Shown here: positions 24,601 through 37,364 of the stretch, piece after piece
Layout: each line of letters begins with the position of its first letter
Numbering within the stretch: position 1 is the stretch's first letter
Source: Marsupella aquatica
Lineage: Eukaryota; Plantae; Marchantiophyta
Length of the DNA stretch: 64,000 bases
Direction: 5' to 3'
Assembly (NCBI GenBank): GCA_973895155.1
Contig: OZ316893.1
Coordinates: 2,748,430-2,812,429, forward strand
The notes under the pieces: model-generated
The model's database searches: none
Told to the model about the DNA's origin: nothing
What the model saw: the letters and a program-made list of their open reading frames with translations, nothing else
Translations under genes and position numbers: made by a program

Positions 24601-25947
24601 GTGGATTACAATGAGGTCTTCTCACCAGTTGCTAAGTACTCTACAATACGGCTATTGTGTGTACTTGTTGTAATGTTTGGTTTGCTGCTAGATCAGATGG
24701 ATGTTGTCACAACTTTCCTCTATGGCACCTTGGAAGAGGTGATCTTCATGAGACAGCCGCTAGGTTTTGTGAAGAGAGGACAAGAAGAATTGGTTTGCAG
24801 ATTGCTGAAATCCTTGTATGGGTTGAAGCAGTCACCAAGACAGTGGAACAAGCGGTTTGATGATTGGATTCGGTCACAAGGTTTTCACAGGAGTGTGTTT
24901 GACCCTTGTGTATATTTAAAACCGGTGAAGAATGCTGTCTTTGGGTTTATTGTTTTAGTACTTTATGTGGATGACATGCTTATTGCGACCAAGGATAGGT
25001 CTGAGATTGTTAAGCTTAAGGCACTGCTAAATGCAGAGTTTAAGATGAAGGACCTAGGGCCAGCTAAGAGGATTTTGGGTATGGAGATCACTAGGGACTT
25101 GGAGGCTAGTAAGCTATGGTTGACACAAAGTAGTTATGCGAGGAAGGTAATTGCTAGGTTCAACATGGAGAATAGCAAGCCAGTAAGTACCCCGTTGGCT
25201 CCACACTTCAAGTTATCATCAGCGTTCTGTCCTACGGATGACACAGAGAAGGGGTTGATGTCAAAGGTTCCTTATGATAAGGCAGTGGGAAGTCTCATGT
25301 ATTTGATGACTTGCACTAGACCTGATCTTGCCATGGCTATGGGCAAGGTGAGCAGGTACATGTCGAATCCAAGGAAGGTACACTGGGAAGCAGTGAAGTG
25401 GATTATCAGGTACTTGAAGGGTACCGTGGATTATGGTCTTTTATTTGATGCAAATGCAAAGAATGCAAGATCATTGATTGGCTATGTAGATTCTGACTAT
25501 GGACAAGATCTGGACCGAAGGAGATCAACAACAGGGTACGTGTTCACACTTGGCGGTGGATGCATAAGTTGGAGGTCTACTTTGCAGAAGTGTATTGCTC
25601 AGTCTACTACAGAAGCGGAGTATGTTGCAGCAGCGGAAGCAACGAAGGAAGCGATTTGGTTGGATAGACTTATCACTGAAATGGGATTGCCACAGGGGAA
25701 TGTGAAGCTCCATTGTGATAGTCAAAGTGCGCCCCACCTTGCTGTGAACCAGGTGATGGACAGTAGAGTGAAGCACATAGACATCAGGTACCATTTTATC
25801 AGGCAGGCTGTGTCTGATAATTTGTTTGAGCTAGTCAAGATAGACGGTAAACTCAACCCAACTGATGCATTTACCAAAGTGATTCCTTCGAAAAGTTTTT
25901 CTAGACATCATGACATGCTGCAGGTTTTACAATTGCGTCACAAGTAA
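21640..25947 (+). pseudogene. gag-pol of copia 1
   Basis: gag (LLSSLPPSY, CWKCHKVGHVKRDC), PR WILDCAC, IN LRSDNGGEY/QQNGVAER, RT YVDD, RH; premature stops at 22477 and 23302, frameshifts near 23440 and 23880. Confidence 0.95.
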
Positions 25948-26139
25948 GGGTTTTTCTTAACATTCGTTGTAATTACTGATATATGCTCTTCTTCACTCCT
26001 AGTAATAGGCTACGGTTTAGTTATGGTTTGCTCTAGTTAGAGAGGGGAAACCATGTTGGTTTTCGTCCAGAACTTCCCACTGAGGAATCATATAGGTTAG
26101 CAGTATTACCCTCCCCTAGACCAGAGTCAAGGGGGAGAT

Positions 26140-26482
26140 TGTTAGGTATTTACTCAAGGTCTAGGGTTACGACATGTAACCATAGTTAGACTAACCGTAG
26201 TCGGAGACGTGGTTAGGTTAACTAGGATGCACACTATATGCCAAGCGGTGTTTGCTTGGATAAGTGGAACTTAGGTTCATTGTTATGGAGCCACTTAAGA
26301 GATGAGGAGAGCTTACACTGTGGAGACTTGGTATAGCTGACGGGCTTAGAGTTCAGTAAAGCTCTATTGTGTGTTCCCGTGGACGTAGCCTCGAGGAGGT
26401 GAACCACGTATCTCTTGTGTCGACTACTTGCGCGTTGGATGTGTCATGTGCTTACCGTTACGAGTATCGTCTATGCTCAACA
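26140..26482 (+). repeat. 3' LTR of copia 1
   Basis: Preceded by PPT aagggggagat; followed by TSD tatat. Confidence 0.96.
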
Positions 26483-26693
26483 TATATTACCTCTTAGGAT
26501 TTGTATATCTATATTTGCCCGCCATTTGAGCGCAATTTTGAAAGCGTACCAGGCCTATGTTACCTCATAGGATGTAGAGAATGAATGTATCGAACGACAT
26601 ACTCAATACATTGACAGGCGGATTCGGCCGACGGGGTTGTGCAACGGGCTTGATGCGATGGCTTCCCAACGGGAGTGTTGTGGGACCCATTAT

Positions 26694-26908
26694 GGTTGAC
26701 GGACAGGTGAAGGGCGGACGGAGGGCTGGCGGAGGGCATTTGTAGGGTGGAGGGCGCCAAGGTGAGCGGGACCTGCTTGCTTGGTGTGCAGGACCTGGGC
26801 CGGTCCTGAAAGGGCAACGTGGCAGCAAAAACTGCCCGAAGGGTTCCCTGCCCGGATTAGTACGATTAGGGGCATTGATTGTCCTCGAGATTGTCTTTCG
26901 TGCTTAAT
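26694..26908. repeat. Right terminal inverted repeat (215 bp)
   Basis: ggttgacgga...gattgtcctcgagattgtctttcgtgcttaat. Confidence 0.92.
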
Positions 26909-28426
26909 GTCTCCGTGGTGCAGTGGTTTTCTGGTGGTTAGTTCAGCACAAAATGGACTTTGCAGATGGACTCAGGTTACTGGTGGTGGTTGGGGTGGGG
27001 GGGAGGTGGCACTCACCTTGGCTAGCTCCTATCAGGGTTTTCTTGCTGGGTTCTTGATAATGGGGTTTTGATCTCTTGGGTTTTCGTCTGGCTCTTGTTA
27101 GCGGTTCGTTAGGCTCTTGATAGCAGTTCTCCGCTTCTGGGGACCCTTCCTCCCATTATGTTCTGCCTCCTCCTAGTAGGCAGTTTGGGGGTCCGGTCCC
27201 TTTCTCTTTTCTCTGGGTGTGCACCTTCTCCTGCCCCCGTTATTTTGTTTTGGTTCTCTCCTGTCTCCTCTCTCCAGACAGGTTGTTTCCGCCCTGCTTT
27301 GCTGGGCTCCGTTGCGAATAAAGCTTTGGGCTCATTCCTAAAAAAAGAAAAGAAAAAAGAAAAGAAAAAAAGGGATCACCCAATGGCAAGCAATGGGCTC
27401 TAGTTAATACTGATGTGAAGTGTTTATTTTGTCTAAAAATTTTAGACCACCACCACCACCAGAGGTGGTCCAAACTATTCCAACTTTGGCTCCTGCATTC
27501 AAGGAGTTTGCATTTATTGGAAAAAAAGAAAAAAAAGAAAAAAAAAGAAAAAAAAGGGAGGGGGGGAGTGCACCCACTAGTGACTCAATTCAATATGAGT
27601 ATTTTTCTAATTTTTAGGCCTCCAAATGATATACTACATTGTGAGTTTAGAGATCATTGACCCCTAAACAGCTGGAGATACTCTTACAGCCCCTCAAAAC
27701 TTGGGTACAGCACTCGTATTGGGCTTATAGTACACAACGAAACGCCCTGGAATGGAAAGAGGGCGTTACTATATACGACGATGATCTGGGCATTGGTGAA
27801 AAAGTAAGTCCATTCAGGAATGCACACTCCCTACTGTCATGAAAAGCACGAGCCTCTTTGAATCTCCATTCTTTCGGCCAGTTTTCTGTAGCTGCTGTTG
27901 CTGTTGTGCTGTTGCTGTTGCTACTACTGCAATTGGGGCATGCATTCCGCAACCTTGTTCTACTATTGCTGGGAAGGGAAGGGAAGGGAAGGCAGCAGGC
28001 GACGTCTCCCTTTTCCTCACAGTCTCTCTCTCGGGCCACCTCTGGTTGCCTAGTGAATGGCATGCCGATGACAGGAAGAATCATTTCTATTTCCTCCCTC
28101 TAATTGTTCGTTTGGTCTGGCACTCTTTTCTTCAGGAGACTGGTCATTACAGGAATCTGGTGGCCTGGTGCCGCGCCTCTGCTTTGATGGACCTGCAGAA
28201 GAACCTTTGCCACATGCAGGTGCCCTACCAGGCTTTCAGGAATCGGGCAGAAATGGGTTGATCGAGGGTCTTATATTCCCCAGCAGAGTGGCGACTTTTG
28301 TTCGGTTCAGAGCATCGAGGAAGAGGCCTAATCAGTCGCTCGCTGTGGGATTTACAATTGGAGAGGTTTACATTTGGGGATGAATTTGTAAGGGCTCTGC
28401 CAGTACAGAGAAGGTCGAGGGCTCCG

Positions 28427-31400
28427 ATGGCATTGGAGAACTCAATAACAGAAGACAAGGAGAAGAAAAAGGTTGGGGCGTTCCGGGCCCCTCAGGAAAA
28501 TTTTACATCCAACGATTTCATTTATGGAAAGCTACTCGGATTGGGGTCATACTCGAAGGTACTCTACACTGCTATGGAACAAACTCTCACTCCCGTAGGA
28601 GCATGGATCGTTTCATCTGTTGTAAAATCGATCGGTCTCCTGAGTTTGGGAACTGATGTCTTGCTGGCGTTGGAATTCATAGGTATTCAGGGTGAAGAAG
28701 AAGGACACGGGCCAAGAATATGCACTGAAAGTGATGGATAAGAGGCACATTATGCGGGAGAACAAAGTGCAGTATGTAAAAATGGAGCGTCTGATTCTGG
28801 ATCAGCTTGACCATCCCGGTGTCACTCGATTATATTTCACATTTCAAGATAATCTTTACCTTTGTATCCTCCAAGCATATTCTTTGTGGCACCCTAACTT
28901 TGTCCTTACCGAATGTAGCATTCTACGACTCTTTTTCTGCATCGCTTCAAATCTTGGAGTTTCAACTGTGCAATCCGCTAAACTGAACATATATTTTCAG
29001 TCCAGTTAACTGTCATCTTCTAGTCCTTGCGTTTTGGGTGCTCTTCGTCTGAAACCCTGCGTAGGGCATCTGGGCAATTTCGTTCAATTTGAGTACTACC
29101 GTCATCGTTCTTAGTGGATGTCGTACAGGAGATTATAAAGTCATTAATTCCTTCCATTTCCAATAGAGCATCGTCAGAATTTAGGTGACCCATTGGATGC
29201 AAGTTTTGTCTCTCGGTCTATGTTTCTATTCCCTAACTACGAGAATTTCAGACATGGGAATGGAGTGTTGTAACGGAGGGGAACTCTTCGACCAGATAAA
29301 AAGGGTGGGTCCTAGCTTCACGATTGTCGTTGGTGGATGTGTAACTGTCTGAAACGGAAAGAAAGGAGTTGGGGCAAGCTTGATACTAATTAATACCAGA
29401 AAGAAGCATGGGAGAAAACCCTTTCCTTTCTCTGGTGTGTGGACGACCGTTTAGGATTGAAGGACCACCGGGGGTGAAGCAAGGCATGGGACCAAAACTA
29501 TAAAACTCTTATCGACGTAAGCACGGCTTAGACCTAAAAAGTATCCGGACATGAAAAGTGGTTGATAACCTAATAGCCGACTTAATAGCCGACTTGGGTA
29601 GGAAGAAAGCAGATATTGAAGGACGATGAGTAGGTGCACGAGCTGCAGAGGGGAGTGATGGGTGAGAGGCAGGCGGTAAGGCAGCTGGAGGGTGCAACTT
29701 GAAGAGTAGGAGCTTTGTGAATCGATAATTGGAATTAAATCGATTTCAATGCCGATCAAGACAATGGTGCAGGATATCTACCAAATATTCGATATGTAAT
29801 GGTCGTGTCTACTTGAGCGTATGTTTCCGGCAAAAGGAGCGAAAGTGAACTAATATTTCATCTGGTTTTGATGTCCAGAGAGGTCACCTTACAATTGAAG
29901 AGACGCGCTTTTATGCAGCTGAGATAGTGGACACGCTAGAATATATCCACAGTGAGGGTTTGATCCATCGCGACCTGAAGGTATACCTTTGCTCTTGTTT
30001 CGCTTCCGTGTGACAGGGTGCATTAGTCAAGGGCGTTGTGCGTTAGTCTATTTCTTAATACTTAAAAGGATGGCATATGAGATTGGAGAAACAAGCGGTC
30101 TGAAATGAATGGGGCAAATTCAGTATGCGCATCCCTATTTTGAAAGGAATGAAAGTCACCTTGGTCATCTTATATATGCAATGGCCTTACCAAGTATTTC
30201 TTGCAATGATCATAAAATCGACGGTGAGTTTGATTTTCCATGCCGCAGCCGGAAAATATTCTTTTCACATCAGATGGGCACGTGAAAATTGCCGATTTCG
30301 GAAGCTCAAAAATGCTGAGGTCCTTCACAAATGGCATTATAACGTGTGATCCAGGTATACTGGTGGATGACTTGACTACGGAATCATAAAACCCTAAGCT
30401 CTCATCTCTAATTGCGTTCGAGAGCTGCCCTTTTCCTTTAGTCTGCTGTCTTCACTATCAACTGCATAATGCAGGGAAACACGCAAATCCACTAAGTTAG
30501 ATGCTTTATATGGTGATTGAATCTGCTGGGCACATTTTGAGTACGATTCCATGTTCTGATTTCTTACCTGGTGAGGGTCACTGTTAAATTCGGGGGTACC
30601 ACTTTCAAAGATGAATTGCATTCTCAAATACATTAGCAAGCTGCGTGTGCACTCGTTGATTTGTACTGAACAAATGTACTTGCGTGATGTATTTTCAGAT
30701 GAAAAGAGCTGCACTTTTGTTGGAACAGCGGAGTATGTTGCTCCAGAGGTCCTCAACAGTCAACATGTAACCCCTCGGTAAATTCCTGTCCTCTTCATGC
30801 TGTTACTGCTCACCAATCTGGAAAGTGGATTATAATTGAGTCTGCAGGGATGTTCGTTGTTCGGATGGTTCTAATATTGGCCATCGTTTAGCTTCAGCAT
30901 TAGGTGTTGAGGCATGGAGATTTCTCCAAAGTTAAAATCATACATACCAACAGCGGTGAAAGGTCCCCGCGAACCTTGACGTAGTCTAGTTCTCGAGGCA
31001 TGATTGTTCACTACATGATTTCTGTCAAGAAGGCTGACTATTGTCAAATTAGATAATGTCCCCTGTCGACGAGGTCATCGTGTCGCTTAGTTGTCTTTGG
31101 CAAGCTGTGTCCATATTCAAAAGGTGCACAGCATGGAACTGCATATTTGTCCTACTGCCGCATTTGGAAGGGGAAATTGCTTGATGAGTTTAAGTGTGCC
31201 CTTGGGTACCGAATTAAATTTGTGGTCTGATGTAATATGCAAAATTTCGAAGTATCGAACTTCTCAGTCTCAGTCTCAGTTCTCAGTCTCGTTTTTGAAT
31301 ACTGCCATCTATGTTTCTTCCGTCGAATTATCTGTTTTCGTAGTAAGTTGTGGCATGGACAGTGTTGATATGTGGGCATTAGGTTGCGTCATATTTCAAA

Positions 31401-34400
31401 TGCTGGATGGGAGGCCGCCATTCAAAGCGGCTAGTGAATACCTCACCTTTCAGAAAGTGATGTCGAGGGACTTCGCAATGCCACAACAATTTGATCCGGA
31501 AGCTAAAGACTTAATTGAGAAGTTGCTGGTAAGCACTGTGTTCATGTTTATAGTCACTGTTCTGCATTCAGTTTATCACCTACTGATCAATTTATGAGCG
31601 TTAGGTGTCGGATAATTCTATTAGAGTTGAGACGTCGATCCCTTAGAAGGACCAGAAATTATGCTTCCATTGATACTTGGAAGATCGTTGTCAGAGCACC
31701 TCGTCTGTTCAGATTCTCTTTTTCCTTGTGGAAACATGCAGTCCACTGAGCACACACTAAAGGATTAGCTGAGACTGTAAGAATTATGGATGCTTGGAGC
31801 CTTTTAGATATGCTGTTAGAGAGGCTCTCTGAGATGCCATCTTGGACAAGTGTGCAACCAAGTACCATCTGTCCACGTGATATTCTCTCTGTGAAGTTGC
31901 TTTCTTAATTGGGCTTAGCTGATTCTGTGAATACTTTTAAACCAGGGGTAATTTCCATACTAGTAACGTACTATTGGGTTGAATTCAGTTCTGTCAATGT
32001 GTGAACAGAATTTACTGCCAGAGAAGAGGCCAGATTTTGCGACCATAAAGCAGCACCCCTTTTTTTCAGGGGTGACGTGGAGTGACCTGTGGACGATGCC
32101 AGCGCCGAGCTTGAACCTACCTTCAGGCCAGGTATATTTCAAGGCGTATCCATTTAGCTATATAATCCGAAAGTGAAGTCTTGCTGAAAGAAACCCATGA
32201 ATATTTTGAGCCTCAAATGAATGTAATCGACAGTAATCAAAGAGATACCGAAAAACCTTTCCTGTTTGTTCACCTGCTTTCTAAACGTGTGAACAATGTC
32301 CAAGGACAATAGTTTCTGCAATGGCAAAATTATTACAATGGGGAAAATAAAGTGCTTTGACTGGTATCTAAATTACAATCATCCACATCTTGACAGGAAT
32401 TGTATATTGTCGGTAATCTGCATTCGTATTAGAATCCCTGGAAGGTTGTGTCTCTCATGATTCAGTACCTGAGACTCAGGAGATGTCCTTGTTATCTTTC
32501 CTGTAGCCAGAGCATTATTTTCCTAGAGATTGGGACTGACGATTATTTTGTGATCACCAGACTGGTGAAGATTGGGGTGCTGCACAATTACAAGCTGGCT
32601 TGGAAGCTTTTGAGTTAAGTGAATCGAGTGAATCGGGATCTGCTTCAAACTCGCAAACTTCAAGCCCGAAGGCCTATGTCTCTGGAGAATTTTCTACGAG
32701 TTTTTCTCGAGAACGTAGTTCTTCACCGTCAGGAGGGTTACCTGGGAACGAAAGCTTAACCGAAGACGGTAGATTGGAACAATGGTGAGCTGGCTTGTCT
32801 GCCCCTTTGTGATTGCAAATGAGCTATCTATGCAATTATTCATGGTTGCCTCACTATAAGTGTTGGAGTATTTAATAATTAGACTGATTCTAAATGGCAT
32901 TTTTCTTACCCTGAAAGCATTTCAGTTAACTAAGAGTTCTTTCTGGATGCTTCAGATCAGAGGCTGAACTGTCTCTCCTGCCTAATTCTATTTCTTTAGG
33001 CAGAGATTCCTCAATCCAGGTGAAAAACTTCTTGAGACCTCATTGGTGAAAAAGTACAGCGGAATGGTGACAAAGAGGCTGCAGCTACTACTCACCGATA
33101 AACCCAGGCTGGCCATTATCGATTTGAAGAAACTCATTTTAAAGCAAGAAATTCCGTGGTCTAACAATCCAAAAGAGCTTTATGTTGAGGTTGAGGACCA
33201 CTGGCGGTTTTCGATTCGTACAGTAAGTTACTGTCAGATCAATGCGATGCTGTGATTTGTTGCTCCAACTGAACCTGACTTCATACAGTTTCCCTTGATA
33301 CATAGTGTGCTGTGTAAGCATCAGGGACACTTTGCTCAATGGAGGATTGAGGATTTAAATTTTTGTTGTACGACATCTGTGCCGTGTCCTCGTTTGTACA
33401 ACTCGCAGACGGGTAAGGAAGGATTAGATATAAGTTTAACCTGCCCAAATAGTAACTGTTGAATACTCTAGTGGCATGCGAGCTGGTTGGCGGTTAGAAC
33501 TTCGGCTGTCGCTACAAGGGAAGAATTAGCACAGCCAGCGGTTATACAGACTAATCGATGATTGGAGTTTGTCCCCCGGTACAAAATTTCTCAAGGAGCC
33601 AAATCTGGTCTAACGTGTGTAGGAGAGTTAGGGAGGCTTAAATATGGGCCTACTGCGAATAGTTTGGAACAAGTTTACCATTGTGAACGCATATAGTGTC
33701 TTTGTGGACAAATGTCCATATGTAGACTTATGCTTGTTTCGTTGATTGGTTTTCCAGCCAAACCTGATTTGGCATTTTGAAGATGTGACCGGGGTAGCTT
33801 TTGGCTGGAGATATGCAATTGAAAAACTTCAAAATAAGCATATGTGCAAGGGAGAGCAGCAGCTATCTAAAGAAGAGACTTCCGAAACACATGGGGAACC
33901 AGCTGAAAGGCCAAATGTCCCACGCCAAGCCGATGCATTGCGCCAGACCCAATCGAAGTCTACAATAGAGCCCATGTCAGAAGAGTCACCGTCTGAGATT
34001 CAAGAACCTCATGGCTTCAGCAAACAGCCAGTCGGAAACCAAAATTCTCAGATAGATTTGGGACGAGTCGACCTGCAAGCCAATTCTCCAAGCGATCCGG
34101 AGATACTTGGAGAATCGGCGCTCTACTGTTCGCTTAGTGCTGAGGTGAATCTTGTACAATCAGCTCAAATATTTAATGACATCGACGTAGCTGTGGCTAC
34201 TGTAGCTGACGAGGTAGCATTGGTGAAAGACGATTACGAGGCAGCTCCTGTGGGTAACGAGAAGTTGGTCTTCAACGCCACTGAAGTTGAAGCAGTGTTG
34301 GTGAAGAGTAAAGTGACCATTGAAGACCATGGGTCAGAGTTGGTTTTAGATAGCAATGAAAACGCCGTTGCGACGCAAGTGGACCAGTTCCGGTGCACCC

Positions 34401-34465
34401 AACCAAGTTTTGGCAGCGGAGGTCACCTGTCAGCAGCTCCTCTGGGTTGTGCTGAGGGGAACTAG
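28427..34465 (+). CDS. PDK1: 3-phosphoinositide-dependent protein kinase 1 (AGC kinase + PH domain), 11 coding exons, ~698 aa
   Basis: Exons 28427-28558, 28683-28863, 29252-29304, 29879-29980, 30249-30354, 30699-30777, 31363-31528, 32009-32131, 32561-32784, 33000-33222, 33758-34465; all GT-AG and phase-consistent (2097 nt); motifs [69 protein letters not shown]...LLLTDKPR...AIEKLQNK; start codon less certain. Confidence 0.92.
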
Positions 34466-35194
34466 CAAAAATGCGACTTGGTGCTTCAACATTTGATTAA
34501 TCGAAACTCAAAATTTTTCTGAGCCACGGATCAGTTGAACATCTTCAAGAGGTAGTGAGAGCTGTCCAAACAAATGGTTGATCCTTAAAGAAAGTAAGTC
34601 GAGACAGCCATCACTAATAATGGAACACTGGAGCTCCTAAGCCGAGGCTGCCAGCAGCAATGATGAACCAATACAGCACCTAACCCTTGTCTGCCAGCAG
34701 AACTGATGAATCAGTCTACTAGCCATCCTGAGAGCTATCAACACAAGAGAGCTAAATCACCACCTGAAATTTCAGCCTGATGGTGCCATCGGAAGCCTCG
34801 GCCACGTAAAAATTCTGCACGCAACTTTTTGACTGCGCCAGAGCGAGCAACTATTGTTCTCTGGTCCACATTTGTTTCGCACCTCACTTCCATGATTTGT
34901 GTTTTACTTGCGACTAGACTAAATGTCCGAGTAAATAGATGGTGAGTTTCACCGTTCTACTTCCGCCCAAGTCAGTGTTCTATTTGGAGACAGTAGGCCC
35001 AATCTTAGCTTTAGATCACTCCATAAATTGGTTCAGTCCAGAATGGGCAGCTCATGTAACCGTCTTCTCTGCAACTTATAAGACTCATTTTAGGACTTTT
35101 TTTTGTCTTTGTTGCTTAGGTGGCTTTTAGTTGGGGACCCCTTGGCTTGCTTTTTCTTGAGGCTCTTTCCCCTCTTTTTCTCCCCTTCATTGGG

Positions 35195-35830
35195 CTGTTT
35201 TGCCATTGGGATCTTGTCTCCCTGTTTGGCATTTTTTGCCCTTCTGCGCATTTTTTGCCCTTGGGCACTGCGATATATATTAGAGAAGGGAGAACAAATT
35301 TTTTGCCCTTCTGCGTATTTTTTGCCCTTTTTTGCCCTTTCTGCTTATTTTTTGCCCTTGGGCACTGTGATATATATTAGAGAAGGGAGAACAAATTTTT
35401 TGCCCTTGGGCACTGTCTGTGATATATATATATATATTCAAGAAGGGAGAGTGACATGTTTGGCATGGGATAGGGGAGATGAGGGTGATCGAGGGAGAGT
35501 AATGATTTTGGCATGGGAGAGTAGCACAGTGTGCAAGCTGAGGGTGAGGGAGAGTGATGCCTTTGGCATGCTCCAGTGGCACAGTGTGCACCTTTTCCAT
35601 GGGATAGGGGAGATGAGGGTGGTTTGGCGTTTTTTTGCCTTTGGGCATTGTGATATATATATTCGAGAAGGGAGAGTGACACGTTTGGCATGGGATAGGG
35701 GAGATGAGGGTGATCGAGGGAGAGTAATAATTTTGGCATGGGAGAGTAGCACAGTGTGCAAGCTGAGGGTGAGGGAGAGTGATGCGTTTGAGATGCTCCA
35801 GTGGCACAGTGTGCACATTTCCATGCCCAG
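35195..35830. repeat. Compound repeat: (TTTTGCCCT)-type array followed by a ~225-bp tandem duplication
   Basis: Recurrent ttttgccc and gatatatattagagaagggaga; duplicated block anchored at agaagggagagtgac (35441 and 35666). Confidence 0.85.
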
Positions 35831-37364
35831 TTGATGAACCTTCACACAGGTTTCTTGCTCCATTTTGTGGCGTGACCAAAGGTCCTGTGCAACTGCCTCG
35901 TTGAGGATTTATGCTGGTGTTGTGTACTTTCTGATGTTATATCTTTGTTTCAGTCTGCTAAGCTCACTTTTTGGGGGTATATATCTATTTTTATTTCAGC
36001 CTAGAAGGGCTTTGTTGTTTGAACCCCTCTATATGATTGTGTATTTCAGATTCTATGCAACTTACTTGACGTTTGATGATGTATGCTGGTGTTGTGTACT
36101 TTCTGATGCAGCTGCATGTTTGTTTTAATCCCCTAAGCTCATTTTTTGGTTTTTAATTTTTGTTTGAGCCTACGTTACTTTCCCCTTTGCACTCCCTGGC
36201 ATCTTTATTAAAAGGTTCTCTTTTGGAAGAAGGCTCTAGCCATTGACTTCTAGTTTTCCAATCAAGACAACCATCACTGTGGTGCACTATGATTATGGAA
36301 CATAAGTTCACTTGACATTATGTGATATCATATTTAGTCTTTCGTAGCCTGCACCAGCTCTTCCCGGGTGACACCCCTACACAAGAGGGCACTCTTCTAA
36401 TGCAGGCGCATCAAGTTTCTGTTTTTAATTAGCTATCACCCATCACCATCTCTCAAATGGGTTTAGAAAAATCCATTGCAAACGGGATTGCAAATGTGTG
36501 GCAAGAGACTTTTGTTCTCGTGTCCCCAAGATTGTCTTAATATATAAACGTGACTTTCCATCACTAGAAGCAGCACATTCTTGTGATGTTTAGTAAATAT
36601 ATAGATACATTGTTATAAATTTCTACAGTCTTTTTCAATTTAGAAAAAAAGGAATTTTATTTCCTTTTTCATTATAGGCAGGTGTCAAGCAGACCGGGCA
36701 GGCAGGTGAGGAGGAGAGGCATATGGATGGATCTGATGTTGCAAAAAACAATTTTTGGTGAACCGCTAGGATATTCTCCTGCCTTTTCCCTTTTGGTAAA
36801 CAGATAATCCACCATTTTTGGCAAGATTGTTTATCAACTAAATCTGAAACCAAGTGTTGGCTAGTGAGAGACTACAATTGCAAGCAAAGTGGTTGATATT
36901 TAGGATTTCTGACCTGCATGAGAAAAAGTATGGCGGTAGACCTGTCCGTATTAGTCATGACTTCCTATATAGTGGTGCTTGTTTCGAACAACATTATATC
37001 TATAATTGCTTGCCAGAAAAATTTCCATGCAAATCTATTGTTTAGTGTTGCTTTTGTCATGTTGTGCTACTTTTTGTTCAAAACAACCAAGTAAGACTCC
37101 TATCTTGTCCACAACTAATTGCTCCCATAACGGACTTAATAACCAAAGCCTTGGAACTTGGATACGCGAGAAAAAATGCCAAGGGCTTAGCTCGGGCAAC
37201 CGCCAAGTCGGAATTGGGAACGAAGTTTGGGATGGTGTATCCGCCTAAGTATGGCAATCACTAAATCAAAATGACAAAATGTTTTCAGTTGCTCACGGGT
37301 GAGCCTTTTTATAATCAATAAAGTAGATAGTTTATCACCATCTATAGTGGGAGAAACTATGATT

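Larger units (their letters stand above)
19545..26482 (+). mobile_element. Ty1/copia LTR retrotransposon 1 (Tnt1/Tork-like), full length, disrupted
   Basis: 343-bp TG..CA LTRs, TSD tatat, PBS, PPT, domain order gag-PR-IN-RT-RH. Confidence 0.97.
17071..26908. mobile_element. Non-autonomous DNA transposon with 215-bp TIRs and 8-bp TSD; ~2.9 kb after removing the nested copia; carries a TET/JBP-like fragment
   Basis: 17071-17285 is a near-perfect reverse complement of 26694-26908; TSD gtctccgt at 17063-17070 and 26909-26916. Confidence 0.9.

Noticed and set aside
27725-28261. 140-aa Cys-rich ORF and antisense ORFs upstream of PDK1
   Set aside because: Driven by (GCTGTT)n and (GGGAA)n microsatellites in the probable promoter or 5' UTR
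35103-35879. 243-aa and 199-aa ORFs
   Set aside because: Lie entirely within tandem repeats, open on both strands, no domain
36854-37264. Two same-frame ORFs separated by one stop, a possible pseudogene
   Set aside because: No recognisable motif; needs a profile search
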